Assembly (NCBI GenBank): GCA_030141605.1
Contig: JAQGDQ010001585.1
Location: 1 to 33,738, forward strand
Length of the DNA stretch: 33,738 bases
Direction: 5' to 3'
DNA from: Tubiluchus corallicola
Taxonomy: Eukaryota > Animalia > Priapulida
In this document: positions 23,704-33,738 of the stretch, one piece after another
How positions within the stretch are numbered: the first letter of the stretch is position 1
Layout of the letters: the number at the start of each line of letters is the position of its first letter
Notes under the pieces: generated by a model
Databases searched by the model: none
Seen by the model: the letters and a program-made list of their open reading frames with translations, nothing else
What the model was told of the DNA's origin: nothing
Program-made: the position numbers and the translations under genes

Positions 23704-24089
23704 TAAATAAAAATTAACATTATTTTAGTTATGCATGAGATTCGACATTGTATCATGCAGAAAGTTATGCCACAATGAGGGTGGTCGGTGATAGGCTTGT
23801 GATCATCTCAGTTCAATATTCACGCTGGGTGGTTTCATTTGCCATGCTGATTCTGGCCGTTTACCTCGCTGAGAAAGAATGTTTTAAATTTTACACATGA
23901 ATGCACTAAAAAACCCTACCAGTGCATCAAGTGAATTTACGGAGTTGTTTTGAGCACAAGCTAGGTTCCAGTTTTGCCGCAAACATTTTCATGGCAAACT
24001 CAATCATGGACTTCCCAAATGGCATTTTCCAGTTTTAGCAGATATTTTTAGCATTTTGATCAAGTACATGCCAATCCTTGATACAAATC

Positions 24090-24400
24090 TTGGACATTTT
24101 TAAATGCACAACAGCTGCCTGTAAAACCGAGTTTTTTCCCCAGGTTCGTTGTCTATGGAATTCTCTACCGGCAAATTTATTACCTGTTGGCTACAATAGG
24201 ACTATTTTAAGGAGATCATCAAAAAATTCTTTTAGGAAATTAATTATTTACATTTATAGTTTTCTGGTTACATATTCGTACTGCTACATACTACCTACAG
24301 CCCCAAATCACCCGTATAGCCTGTCTGCCTTATTTGACGGGACATGTACGAAACAAATTTGCACAAAAATGGCGTTCAGAAATTGTATTTCCTTGTAGCA
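24090..24400 (+). mobile_element. 3' fragment of a CR1/L2/Jockey-group LINE
   Basis: FFPQVRCLWNSLPANLLPVGYN matches the FFP....LWN.LP.....P..YN C-terminal motif. Confidence 0.65.
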
Positions 24401-24459
24401 CCAGCATGTGACCACCTAGACATGGAGGCCCCAAGTCAGAAGACTGAGTCTATACTGAC

Positions 24460-24602
24460 CAGTGTTGCCTTGAACGTCCGTTGTAAGCGTTATATCGTCG
24501 ATGTAAACCGTAGGGGTGGTGTAGAACAGCACGGTACGATGGATGCCCGCGTAATTGAAGAAATCAAAGTTCAGCAATTGAACATGGAAGCCTTTCGGAT
24601 AC
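24460..24602 (-). CDS. GUSB: Beta-glucuronidase exon (human exon 4 equivalent), 143 bp
   Basis: tttcag| acceptor and |gtcagt donor. Translates [48 protein letters not shown], containing the GH2 [10 protein letters not shown] motif. Confidence 0.96.
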
Positions 24603-26133
24603 CTGAAATATGAAAAAAAGGAAATAAGTTCAAAAATCGATATGAGTTTGATTTTCTTGCTTTTGTGTGATATAATTTTTGCTCTAAGTGAATTCTGTTT
24701 TGCTTTGGTTTTGACAAATTCTTTTACCTTCAGTTGAATTGTGTTTGCTTTATAAAATTTTCGCTTTGAGTTTCATTTTGTTTGATATAATTTTTTGCTA
24801 TAAGTTAAATTCCATTTTGCATTGCTTGTGAAAACTTCCTTTTATTCTGAGTGAAATTGCATTTTTGCTTTGAGTTGATTTTTGTTGCTTTTGCCTTTAT
24901 TGATACACAAACACCTAAAGAATGTCATGAGCCTTTGAGTAAACTTGTATTTTTAATAAGGGGCAGCTGACCAAGTGACCAACAGGTCTTTCGCTGCTCC
25001 TTCTCAGCTGCAATGAAATGTAAAAATAATTATGACGAATTTTAATTGCTATTGAGACAATAAAAACTGAATTGAATAATTGATATATAATTGAGTGGTA
25101 GCTAAGGGAACCCTTAAAGGGGAAGGAAGGGGAACTTTCCTGTACATCCCAGAGAACTTTTCATAAAAAAGTTATGTTACTCAGTACCACACTTACCTAT
25201 TTGACAGACTTACCTAATTGAAAAAGAAAATTCTTAACAATTTAAGACCAGGTAAAACGTCACTGTATCGCTATCCCAGTGTGCATCAGTGATTCACCAA
25301 AAAAACAATGCTGATCTTATCCATTAATATACAATAATTCAAAAACCTTTGCTTATCTAGCAGAGTGCGCTACGAATGTTCTGATTATTTTTTCAAACTT
25401 CACACGATGCTACCTAAACTTGTTTCAAATACGGATGTGCCTAATGGTCATCGTGAGAGTTTAAATTTACAAGTTTTACACAGTGTTACTGTTAAGGTAA
25501 GCTCTGTATACAATGAGACAGCATACACATTTTAAGACGAACTTTTTTAAACTTTATTTGTAACGAGTGTTTCTAGTGCTTCAAACCTTGCATTCATTAA
25601 TTATTTGACCAGTTTGGAACTTCAACAGCTGGCAGACAGTTGCAGGGGTACTGGAACCTATGTGATCATTACTGATAATGCTTTTAGTGGGACACTGAAC
25701 CAGCAGAGGTGGCTGATCTACATTTGCATGTGTGCCTTTTGTCAAAGAGGTAAACAGCCGAATGCGGGATTGCACGTCAAAACAGCTTTCTGACGGTTAC
25801 CCATCCTGTCACTAGCCAGGCTCGATGTTGCTTAACTGCAATTGTCATGCTCACACTGTTACCAACCGGCTATTCTCCAGGCATCAAAGAGAATTACATC
25901 TAAATTCAGAAATCTTGTGTGCCTCACAAGTACAAGGTGTAAGTGGAACTGTGCTATCCCACAGCAATACTGTGGAAATTATCCACACAAAACTAACGTT
26001 GATTCCACTGTTAACTTTCTAATGGATGTAAAGGATGCACGTATTAAGTATCATACACGTGTTCGTCGAAAAAGATGGAGAAAACTGTGAGCAAAATGGT
26101 GAATTTTGTAAAGACGATCACATTCAAATATTG

Positions 26134-26639
26134 AACCTAGCCACTGGGGGGGGGGGGGGGGCAAGCCAGCCCAACTCAGTGCCGGTCCCAAGCTCGGATA
26201 AATAGGAAGGGTTTGGGTCAGGAAGGGCATCAGCCTGTAAAAACTGCGCCAAAACCTTCTATGAATGAGTCGGTGAGACTTAAAGGGAAAGTCCACAAAG
26301 AAGTGGTGGTCAGACCCGCTCTAATCTATGGGCTGGAAGCAGCTTCTCTTAAGAAGACTGAAGAGAAGAAAATGGGTGTGGTGGAGATGAGGATGTTGAG
26401 ATGGATGGTGGGAATAACAAGAAGAGATAAAATTAGAAATAATAATACCAGAGGAACAGTAAAAGTAGTGGAAGCCTCGCAAGATTGCAATGGTATGGAC
26501 ACCTGAAAAGAAGAGTCGGTGAAGATCATGTGGGAAGGGAAGACATAAATGAAGAGATGGTCAACAACAGGAATGCGTGGAGAAGACTCATTCACAACGG
26601 CGACCCCGAATAGGGAAAAGCTGGGAAGAAGAAGAAGAA
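26134..26639 (+). mobile_element. Internally deleted, non-autonomous RTE-clade element with TSD
   Basis: 18-bp direct repeat GATCACATTCAAATATTG at 26116-26133 and 26640-26657. RTE-type 5' motif GTCAGGAAGGGCATC.GC.GTAAAA, the peptide VVRPALIYGLE...EMRMLRWMVGITRRDKIRN, and a (GAA)n tail. Confidence 0.9.
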
Positions 26640-26779
26640 GATCACATTCAAATATTGCACAGTTTCTTGATTTATTTTCACTTGAAAAGCTTAAATATAT
26701 TAACCCAGTTTAGCTGTGCACATTTCATTATGAGTAACACAATTAACATGAGAAGACTTAGTAAGAAAATACACTGTTG

Positions 26780-29065
26780 ATTAAAGAGAAACCCAAGAAA
26801 AACAGATCTGGATGATTTGTTACTGCATACATTAATCTGGATTACAGTCAGAAATGTTAATTATTAGACCGAATAACAGCAGATTGCTAAGTAAGGTATA
26901 TTCAAAATTATCAATTTCACAACATCTTACTATATTAGTGAAAATGGATTTATATACATTTGGTGCTAAAAATGCGTTACACAATTAATCTGGTAAAACA
27001 CAACATGTATTGATTCAGTCTAATTCCATTTTATGAGCAAAAATAGACAAAAATTATTAAGAGACACAGCATTTAACAGTTAACACCACACATTACAAAA
27101 AATTACAATTACACATTAGATATAGAATCCAAAAATTACAATATCTGGAACAACCTAAAGAAAGCAAGAAACTTATTAACGGCTCGCGCATGCGCACTTG
27201 GCAGCTACAACAAAACTGCTCAAGGAATGTTTAATTATCTCAGTAGCAGCAGCCAGATCACAAGAAGCCAGTTAACCAATCAGGCAATGAAGCCCGACAA
27301 GCAATGAGACTGATAATGATGACAACAGGCATGCAAGTGATATCATAGTTCATTACGTGCCGGCGTAATGAGACGTGTATAAACGACGAATAAAATTACA
27401 GGTAATCACAGGTGTTTGTGCAAAAAACATGCCCAGATGACGCAGATGAGCAGAGATTAAGAATACGTGCAGGAGAATGAAGAGAATTTGTTTACTGCGT
27501 TAACTACAACAGCAGACCTGTAGTTCATTGACTGTAGTCGGGACACCAAGAAGCTTTTTGCACATAAAATCGAATAATTTGCCAAGGTGAGTAACTGTTT
27601 TGTTTGATTACTAATTAAAATAACAACGTAATTACTGTAATTAGCATGCAAGAAAGTAAAGAAAGCAAGTCCAGGCGTAACCAATAGCATGTTTTCACCT
27701 TCACTGTGATGGGTGGCTTTTAATGGACGATTACAACACTGATTGTCAATCCAATTTCCCAGAGACAAGAGAAAAATACGTCATCTGTCGACAGAAGCCA
27801 AAGTAAGAATCGTTTATACAAAATTAAATTTCATGTGTTCCTCCGTCGGGTTCTCACCACCAGGGTTTTTGGCAATCACCCCTGGACGGTTTGAACCAGT
27901 GCTATCGGTGGGCGAGAGGTCTCGGTTCGAAATCGACATCCTCAAACAGAACTAACAAAGCAAGCAAGCAAATGGGAGAGATTCACCAGCTTAAAAAGAG
28001 CAATGCAAGGCTCGACCAGAACAAACTTAGCTTATCTGTAAAAACTAGATTGTTACTGTTAAAAAAAGTTCTTTACTCACAACCGAAACATACAGCTGGC
28101 TAAACATGAAAAACACATAAAAACAATCTACCCCCGAGGGCCTACCACTCCCTCACATTACGCTGAAACAGTTGGAAGACAAGTCCAGGGAGTGCGGGGG
28201 GCAGGCTTGTCCTGTTTAGCGTTACAAACACCAGCAACCACTGAACTCAAAGAAACAAGAACCGGCATTTGTGTATTTATAGACTTGCAAGGTTAATGTC
28301 GTTTTCAAGGTCAAAGTAAATGTCTAAAGTTCATATAAATTCAGACACCACCTATCTGAAATTTTATTGCAGATTCTGAAAGCTTAACGAATTCCCTTTA
28401 AAACGATCATCAAAATTAAACTTTTGAGTTCTGATCGTTTAAAAATCGCCGATTTTGGCAATTTTTAGCCCTTTCAGCCATTTTCAAAGGGCCATAAGTT
28501 TTGAACCGTTGGGCCAATTTCGCTAAATAATTGGATATTTGCATTTCTCCATAAGCCAAACTAACACACCAAATTGCATTAAAATCAGCGACATAAGGGT
28601 GTCTTGCTTTGGGTGATTCCACGTGGAATGACCCTACATTTAAAATTTATAGGGGTGTTTTAATTTAACACGATTCGAAATAACATACAAGCTGCATATC
28701 TGTGCCCTCAACTGAGTGAAAAAGTACAGAACGAAGCTCAGCCACGCAACAATATATATATATACATCCTCTTGATTAAAAAGAATCCCGTGAAAAACAG
28801 CCAGAAATGTCAATTATTATAATAATTAATAGCAGATTTGCTAGAGAGGCATTTTCAAAATGTTAATTTTACAGTATCTCGCAATATTAGCGAATACATT
28901 TTATATACATTTGGTGGAGTTCAATAAATGTGTTGCACAATTAGTCTGGTAAAACACAACACGTATTGATTCGGGCTAATTCCATTCTGCGAACAAACAA
29001 ATAGACAGGAATCATTAACAGGCACTGTATCTAACAGTTAGCACCACACATATTAAAAAATTACT
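26780..29065. repeat. Diverged direct repeat pair of about 300 bp (about 26780-27105 and 28774-29065)
   Basis: Shared blocks such as TTTATATACATTTGGTG, TCTGGTAAAACACAACA.GTATTGATTC and TAACAGTTA.CACCACACAT. Confidence 0.8.
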
Positions 29066-29940
29066 ATATAGTCATATGAATGATAAACACGAAAATTTAA
29101 CGATTTGCTTGTGTTGGTATTGATGCCACTATCATCGATGACTGATTAATTAAACTGATTAATTAATTAATTAATTAAACTAAATTATTAGTCGGTGGCA
29201 ATAAAAATACGTTATTAATTAACATAATTTAGTGTCATTGCAAAATGTAAGAATTATAATTGTTAGCTAGGAACATAAAAATCTGAAATTCCCAGTTTGG
29301 TAATTGAACTCAAGGCCTTGAGATTCTGATTACCAGTCAGACTGAACAGAAATAGATAAGCATTAAATTCACTACGTTAAACTAACTTACAGTAGAATTA
29401 AACCAATAAAACCTTGAATGGTAGATAATAATATAATTGATTATTTCATCAATCAGCAGAATAATCAATCAAGCCATCAATAAAGTCTCTCTGATTTAAA
29501 TTAATAACTTTTGTATTTTGATTTCATCAAAGAAAGAAATTTGTAATAATTCAGGCTGTCATGCTACCCGCAAATATTACATTCCCGAAATGTTCTGGGA
29601 AAGATTCCTGTTTTGGAAGGTTTTCCTGACAGATTGTTCACATAAACTTCCTAGATGGGTGACTGCTATATTTTGCAATACAGGGACCAGCTCCAAATCC
29701 CAATTTTTTAGCTAAAATTTTAGCCAAAGCCATTTTTTTAGCTACTTTTGCATTGTATTGGCCACTTTGTGGTGAAGAAGGTTACAGTGTGGAAGCACAC
29801 CTATTCATTTGCCAAGAATTCAGTCAGCTGATATTTCCTTTAGCAATTCTGTCTAAACTTTAGTTTTTGGGTTCATTTCATGTCATCGTATCATTTTATT
29901 CACTGATTCCTGTATCATTATTATTACAAATACTGAATTA

Positions 29941-30126
29941 CTGCTGCTGCTACTGCTGCTGCTGCCGCCGCCACCACCACCACCACCACCACCACTACTA
30001 CTACTGCTGCTCCTGCTACTACTGCTGCTACTACTGCTGCTGCTGATGCTCCTGCTGCTGCTGTTGCTGCTGCTGCTACTGCTACTACTGCTGCTGCTAC
30101 TGCTGCTCTTACTACTACTACTGCTG

Positions 30127-30166
<40 letters not shown>

Positions 30167-30465
30167 TGCTGCTTCTGCTTCTGCTGCTGTTGCTGCTACT
30201 GCTGCTGCTGCTACTGCTACTGCTCCTGCTGCTGCTACTGCTGCTACTACTACTGCTACTGCTGCTGCTGCTGCTACTACTACTGCTTCTGCTGCTGCTA
30301 CTGTTACTGCTACTGCTACTGCTATTGCTTCTGCTGCTGCTACTGTTACTGTTACTGTTACTGTTACTGTTACTGTTACTGCTACTGCTACTGCTGCTGC
30401 TGCTGCTGCTCCTGCTGCTGCTGTTGCTGCTGCTGCTACTGCTACTGCTACTGCTACTGCTACTG

Positions 30466-30497
<32 letters not shown>

Positions 30498-30583
30498 ACT
30501 ACTACTGCTTCTGCTTCTGCTGCTGCTACTGCTACTGCTACTGTTCTGCTACTGCTACTGCTACTACTACTGCTATTATTATT
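29941..30583. repeat. Compound trinucleotide microsatellite (CTG/CTA/TTA/CCA)n
   Basis: Directly visible; source of the poly-Leu ORF. Confidence 0.97.
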
Positions 30584-30586
30584 GTA

Positions 30587-31376
30587 CAGCAGGCACCGCT
30601 TAATAGACTCGTTTTGGGATGGGAGTGTTATTGCAAAGGCTTTAAATGAATTTTAGAAATGAATTAATGCCAAAAATGCCTATGTGCAATTATTTAAGAA
30701 GCATGATTTATATAAGCGAATTAATAAAGACAAGAATCGCAAAAATCTGATTATTACCATTAAAAATTACAAAAATTCATGCAGGGTCAGTTGCTTCATT
30801 TCTTCACGAAGAAGTTCGCTTATGAAACTTTCATACTGATTAAAACGTTGAAAATCTGTTACTGTGCGCTGCACATATTCACACAAAACACTGAGTCATT
30901 TAGAACTTGATCTGTAGTTGATGATGAACATTGTGAAAAGCAGCAGGAACTTCAAAAACAAACTGCTGTGCAAGTGATTAAATGTTTAGCTTCCAGAAAC
31001 AACAAGGTTAACTGCAGTGGACAAGCGGGTGAGAGATTCAAAGCAAAACCGCTAGGCTAACATATTAGCACATATGATAAACGCACTGAACTTGCTTACA
31101 AACTAAGGTGTACTTAACATCACTGTTTCTATGTGCATTATACTTCACAAAATCGATGTAAAGATGTCAGAGAAACAGTAAAAGCTCTTTGCTCACACAC
31201 AAGTGTCTTATTTTAACTGCGTGAAGTATAAATATTGAGTTAGTAATGCAGAATTATTTAAGTCAAATACCGACAGTTTTTATATACATGTGAATAGGAG
31301 CGGCCCGTTCCAGGTGTTTTTAAGTCAATTAAGCGACTGAGTCTATTAACCGTGAGTCTATTAAGCGGCATCTATA
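30587..31376. mobile_element. pogo-like non-autonomous DNA transposon
   Basis: Perfect 15-bp inverted match CCGCTTAATAGACTC (30596-30610) / GAGTCTATTAAGCGG (31354-31368) and a TA|CAG left end. A related right end lies near 4595-4650. Confidence 0.68.
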
Positions 31377-31530
31377 CACACGAATGTTAAAAACTCGTAA
31401 AATAGAGAAAACGATATGGCACTTTATGTTTGTAAAAGAACGTTATTATCCTATCTTTAAGTAACAGGACAGTACCTTCAACTTCACGTTATGCACTGTT
31501 TTTTTCCACTTTCATGAATTGATTTCGATG

Positions 31531-32178
31531 CATTGTGTTTACAATGGAAAGTTTCGCATTGTGTTTACAATGGAAACTTTCGCATTGTGTTTACAATGGA
31601 AACTTTCGCATTGTGTTTACAATGGAAACTTTTGCATTGTGTTTACAATGGAAACTTTCGCATTGTGTTTACAATGGAAACTTTTGCATTGTGTTTACAA
31701 TGGAAACTTTCGCATTGTTTTTACAACAAAAACTTTCGCATTGTGTTTACAATGGAAACTTTCGCATTGTTTTTACAACAAAAACTTTCGCATTGTGTTT
31801 ACAATGGAAACTTTCGCATTGTGTTTACAACAAAAACTTTCGCATTGTGTTTACAATGGAAACTTTCGCATTGTGTTTACAACAAAAACTTTCGCATTGT
31901 GTTTACGATGGAAACTTTCGCATTGTTTTTACAACAAAAACTTTCGCATTGTGTTTACAATGGAAACTTTCGCATTGTTTTTACAACAAAAACTTTCGCA
32001 TTGTGTTTACAATGGAAACTTTCGCATTGTGTTTACAACAAAAACTTTCGCATTGTGTTTACAATGGAAACTTTCGCATTGTGTTTACAACAAAAACTTT
32101 CGCATTGTGTTTACGATGGAAACTTTCGCATTGTTTTTACAACAAAAACTTTCGCATTGTGTTTACAATGGAAACTTT
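31531..32178. repeat. 26-bp palindromic minisatellite, about 25 copies
   Basis: Unit CATTGTGTTTACAATGGAAACTTTCG, alternating with an ACAACAAAA variant. Confidence 0.97.
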
Positions 32179-32894
32179 CTCTCCGAAAAAGGACAAAACG
32201 GGTGTTTACGGATCAACACAGATTTTGTAGACACGCCGTCTTAAACTGCTATTCTATTGACAATGGCTCATTTGCAATAAAACCACATTGACTTTCATGT
32301 ATCGTGGTTCTACTGAAAACGTCGTTAAAATTTGTGCACATTTGAACAATTTGAAAAAGCGAAATTAAGAAGCAACAATTGACATTTTAATCTGTCAGGA
32401 GTTCAGGAAACGAGCTCGAGACACAATCACCTCGGAGGTCGTTACGACAGTAAGAGGAGAAGCGAAACGTGGTGATCGATTGACAATGTCATCATCACCT
32501 GCCCTTCTCAATGTGTTTACGAGAAAAGTGAAAGGTAATAAAAGAATCTAGAGAGGGAAGATCTCGTTCGAGGAGGAAGAACCAGGAAGGAGTTGAAAAA
32601 AATTATTACTATTTTTCGTAGAGATACAAACAAACCCAATCAGCTGTACAAAAATGGCCCACGTGACTTTTTGCACTCTATATTTGGAGAAACAAAGAGG
32701 TCATTTGCTCTGGGCCTATTTATTCAAGCGGACTAATTTCAGGGTGCACCCAAAATTTCGTGACCATGTAAATCCAGTACATGATATTATGCTTCCCCGG
32801 AGCTGATTCTATGTGGACTTCGCTACCAGTTCTAGGCTTCCTTTCTAACTATAACAACGAACAGTTTCATAGATTGATTTCAACTGCCCCTCTA

Positions 32895-33249
32895 CCGAAC
32901 CAGGTAAAAAAGTCACAGGTGAAAAAGTCAGAGGAAAAAAGAAGCAACCCCAACCCCAACCCCCACCCCTAACCGTAACCCATCCTAATCCTAAGATATT
33001 GAACAAAACGTGATTTTTTCACATACATGTAATGCCATCGTATATGAACAGTGTAGTGAAAATGTACAAGTCAAATATTGCCAGCTAATAACTGATTCAA
33101 ATATTTTCTGTTTTATTACTTCAATTGTTTATAATACTTAAATAAACTGTGACTGACTTGAATATTTTTGTTTGATCACCTGACTTTCTTCCTAGCCAAA
33201 ATTGTTTGTTTTTCCTGTGACTTCTTTCCTGTGACTGTATTACCGGTCA
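32895..33249. mobile_element. MITE with repetitive subterminal inverted repeats and internal telomere-like CCCTAA motifs
   Basis: AAAAAGTCACAGG repeats on the left and CCTGTGACTT repeats on the right; flanks CCCCTCTA / CCCCTCCA may be an 8-bp TSD. Confidence 0.55.
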
Positions 33250-33669
33250 CCCCTCCATCTTGCTAGGACACCCACATACGCCTTAATCTTGCTAATTCTG
33301 CGATATCCAGTCAACAGTTATGAGTCATTTTCCATTTATATTACTGTTTTGTGGAGAAAAGAATTGCACTGAAATCAGCTATAGTCAAAGAACATTGAAC
33401 AACAAACTCAAGGACTAATCCAAGCCAGTAGCTTGTGGAGTTGTACAAATATAGAATTATTTTGACCCACAATTTAAAATACCTAAAATATGGGTAAAAC
33501 GAAAAATCATTTTGTAGAGGTAGTCAGTGGTGCATCTAGGGTATGGCAGGCGCCCTTGGGTGTCAATTGAAGGGGGCGCCACTCAGCAGTTTCCGAAAAA
33601 AATGAATTTTCTTCATACGTATGATCTAAAAAACTTGTGTAAATTATTATGTAAAAATATAGTACTTGG

Positions 33670-33672
<3 letters not shown>

Positions 33673-33723
<51 letters not shown>

Positions 33724-33738
33724 CCTCCCTCCCTCCCT
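33673..33738. repeat. (CT)n microsatellite
   Basis: Directly visible. A similar CT-rich tract occupies 1-90. Confidence 0.95.

Noticed and set aside
27457-27768. Candidate GUSB exon 3 (WIDN...HHSEGE)
   Set aside because: Lacks the H.GG.LPF and NNTL motifs and suitable splice sites.
30046-30603. Poly-Leu ORF (poly-Gln/Ser/Ala in other frames)
   Set aside because: Compound trinucleotide microsatellite with no splice or homology support.
31519-32291. Three long overlapping ORFs
   Set aside because: A stop-free 26-bp tandem repeat read in all three frames.
32946-32993. Interstitial telomere
   Set aside because: Only a few degenerate CCCTAA-like units inside a probable MITE.
33525-33585. hAT-like terminus CAGTGGTGCATCTAGG (also a mariner-like end at 3651 and CAGGGTTGCCA at 14036)
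   Set aside because: No partner TIR or TSD was found in the window, so no element was called.

Overview
AT-rich, repeat-dense animal (probably invertebrate) genomic DNA; it is not prokaryotic and has no CRISPR array, rRNA or intact tRNA. The main feature is a spliced beta-glucuronidase gene (GUSB, glycoside hydrolase family 2) on the minus strand. Nine exons (24602 down to 4864) were read by hand with GT-AG boundaries and consistent phases, giving about 439 aa with intact catalytic motifs. They correspond to human exons 4-12 (human structure recalled, not aligned); exons 1-3 were not found and probably lie beyond the right edge. About 1.3 kb downstream on the same strand is an open but 5'-truncated heparan-sulfate 3-O-sulfotransferase-like frame (3529-2945) between CA-rich microsatellites. 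A convergent plus-strand exon encoding a tectonin-like beta-propeller repeat lies at 291-443 and is missed by the ORF track. The rest is MITEs, LINE and SINE fragments, and satellites. The most unusual items are the sulfotransferase fragment, a 26-bp array carrying AP-1, C/EBP-ATF and splice-donor motifs, and an inverted pair of identically truncated LINE fragments. No clearly new biological system is demonstrated by the sequence alone.
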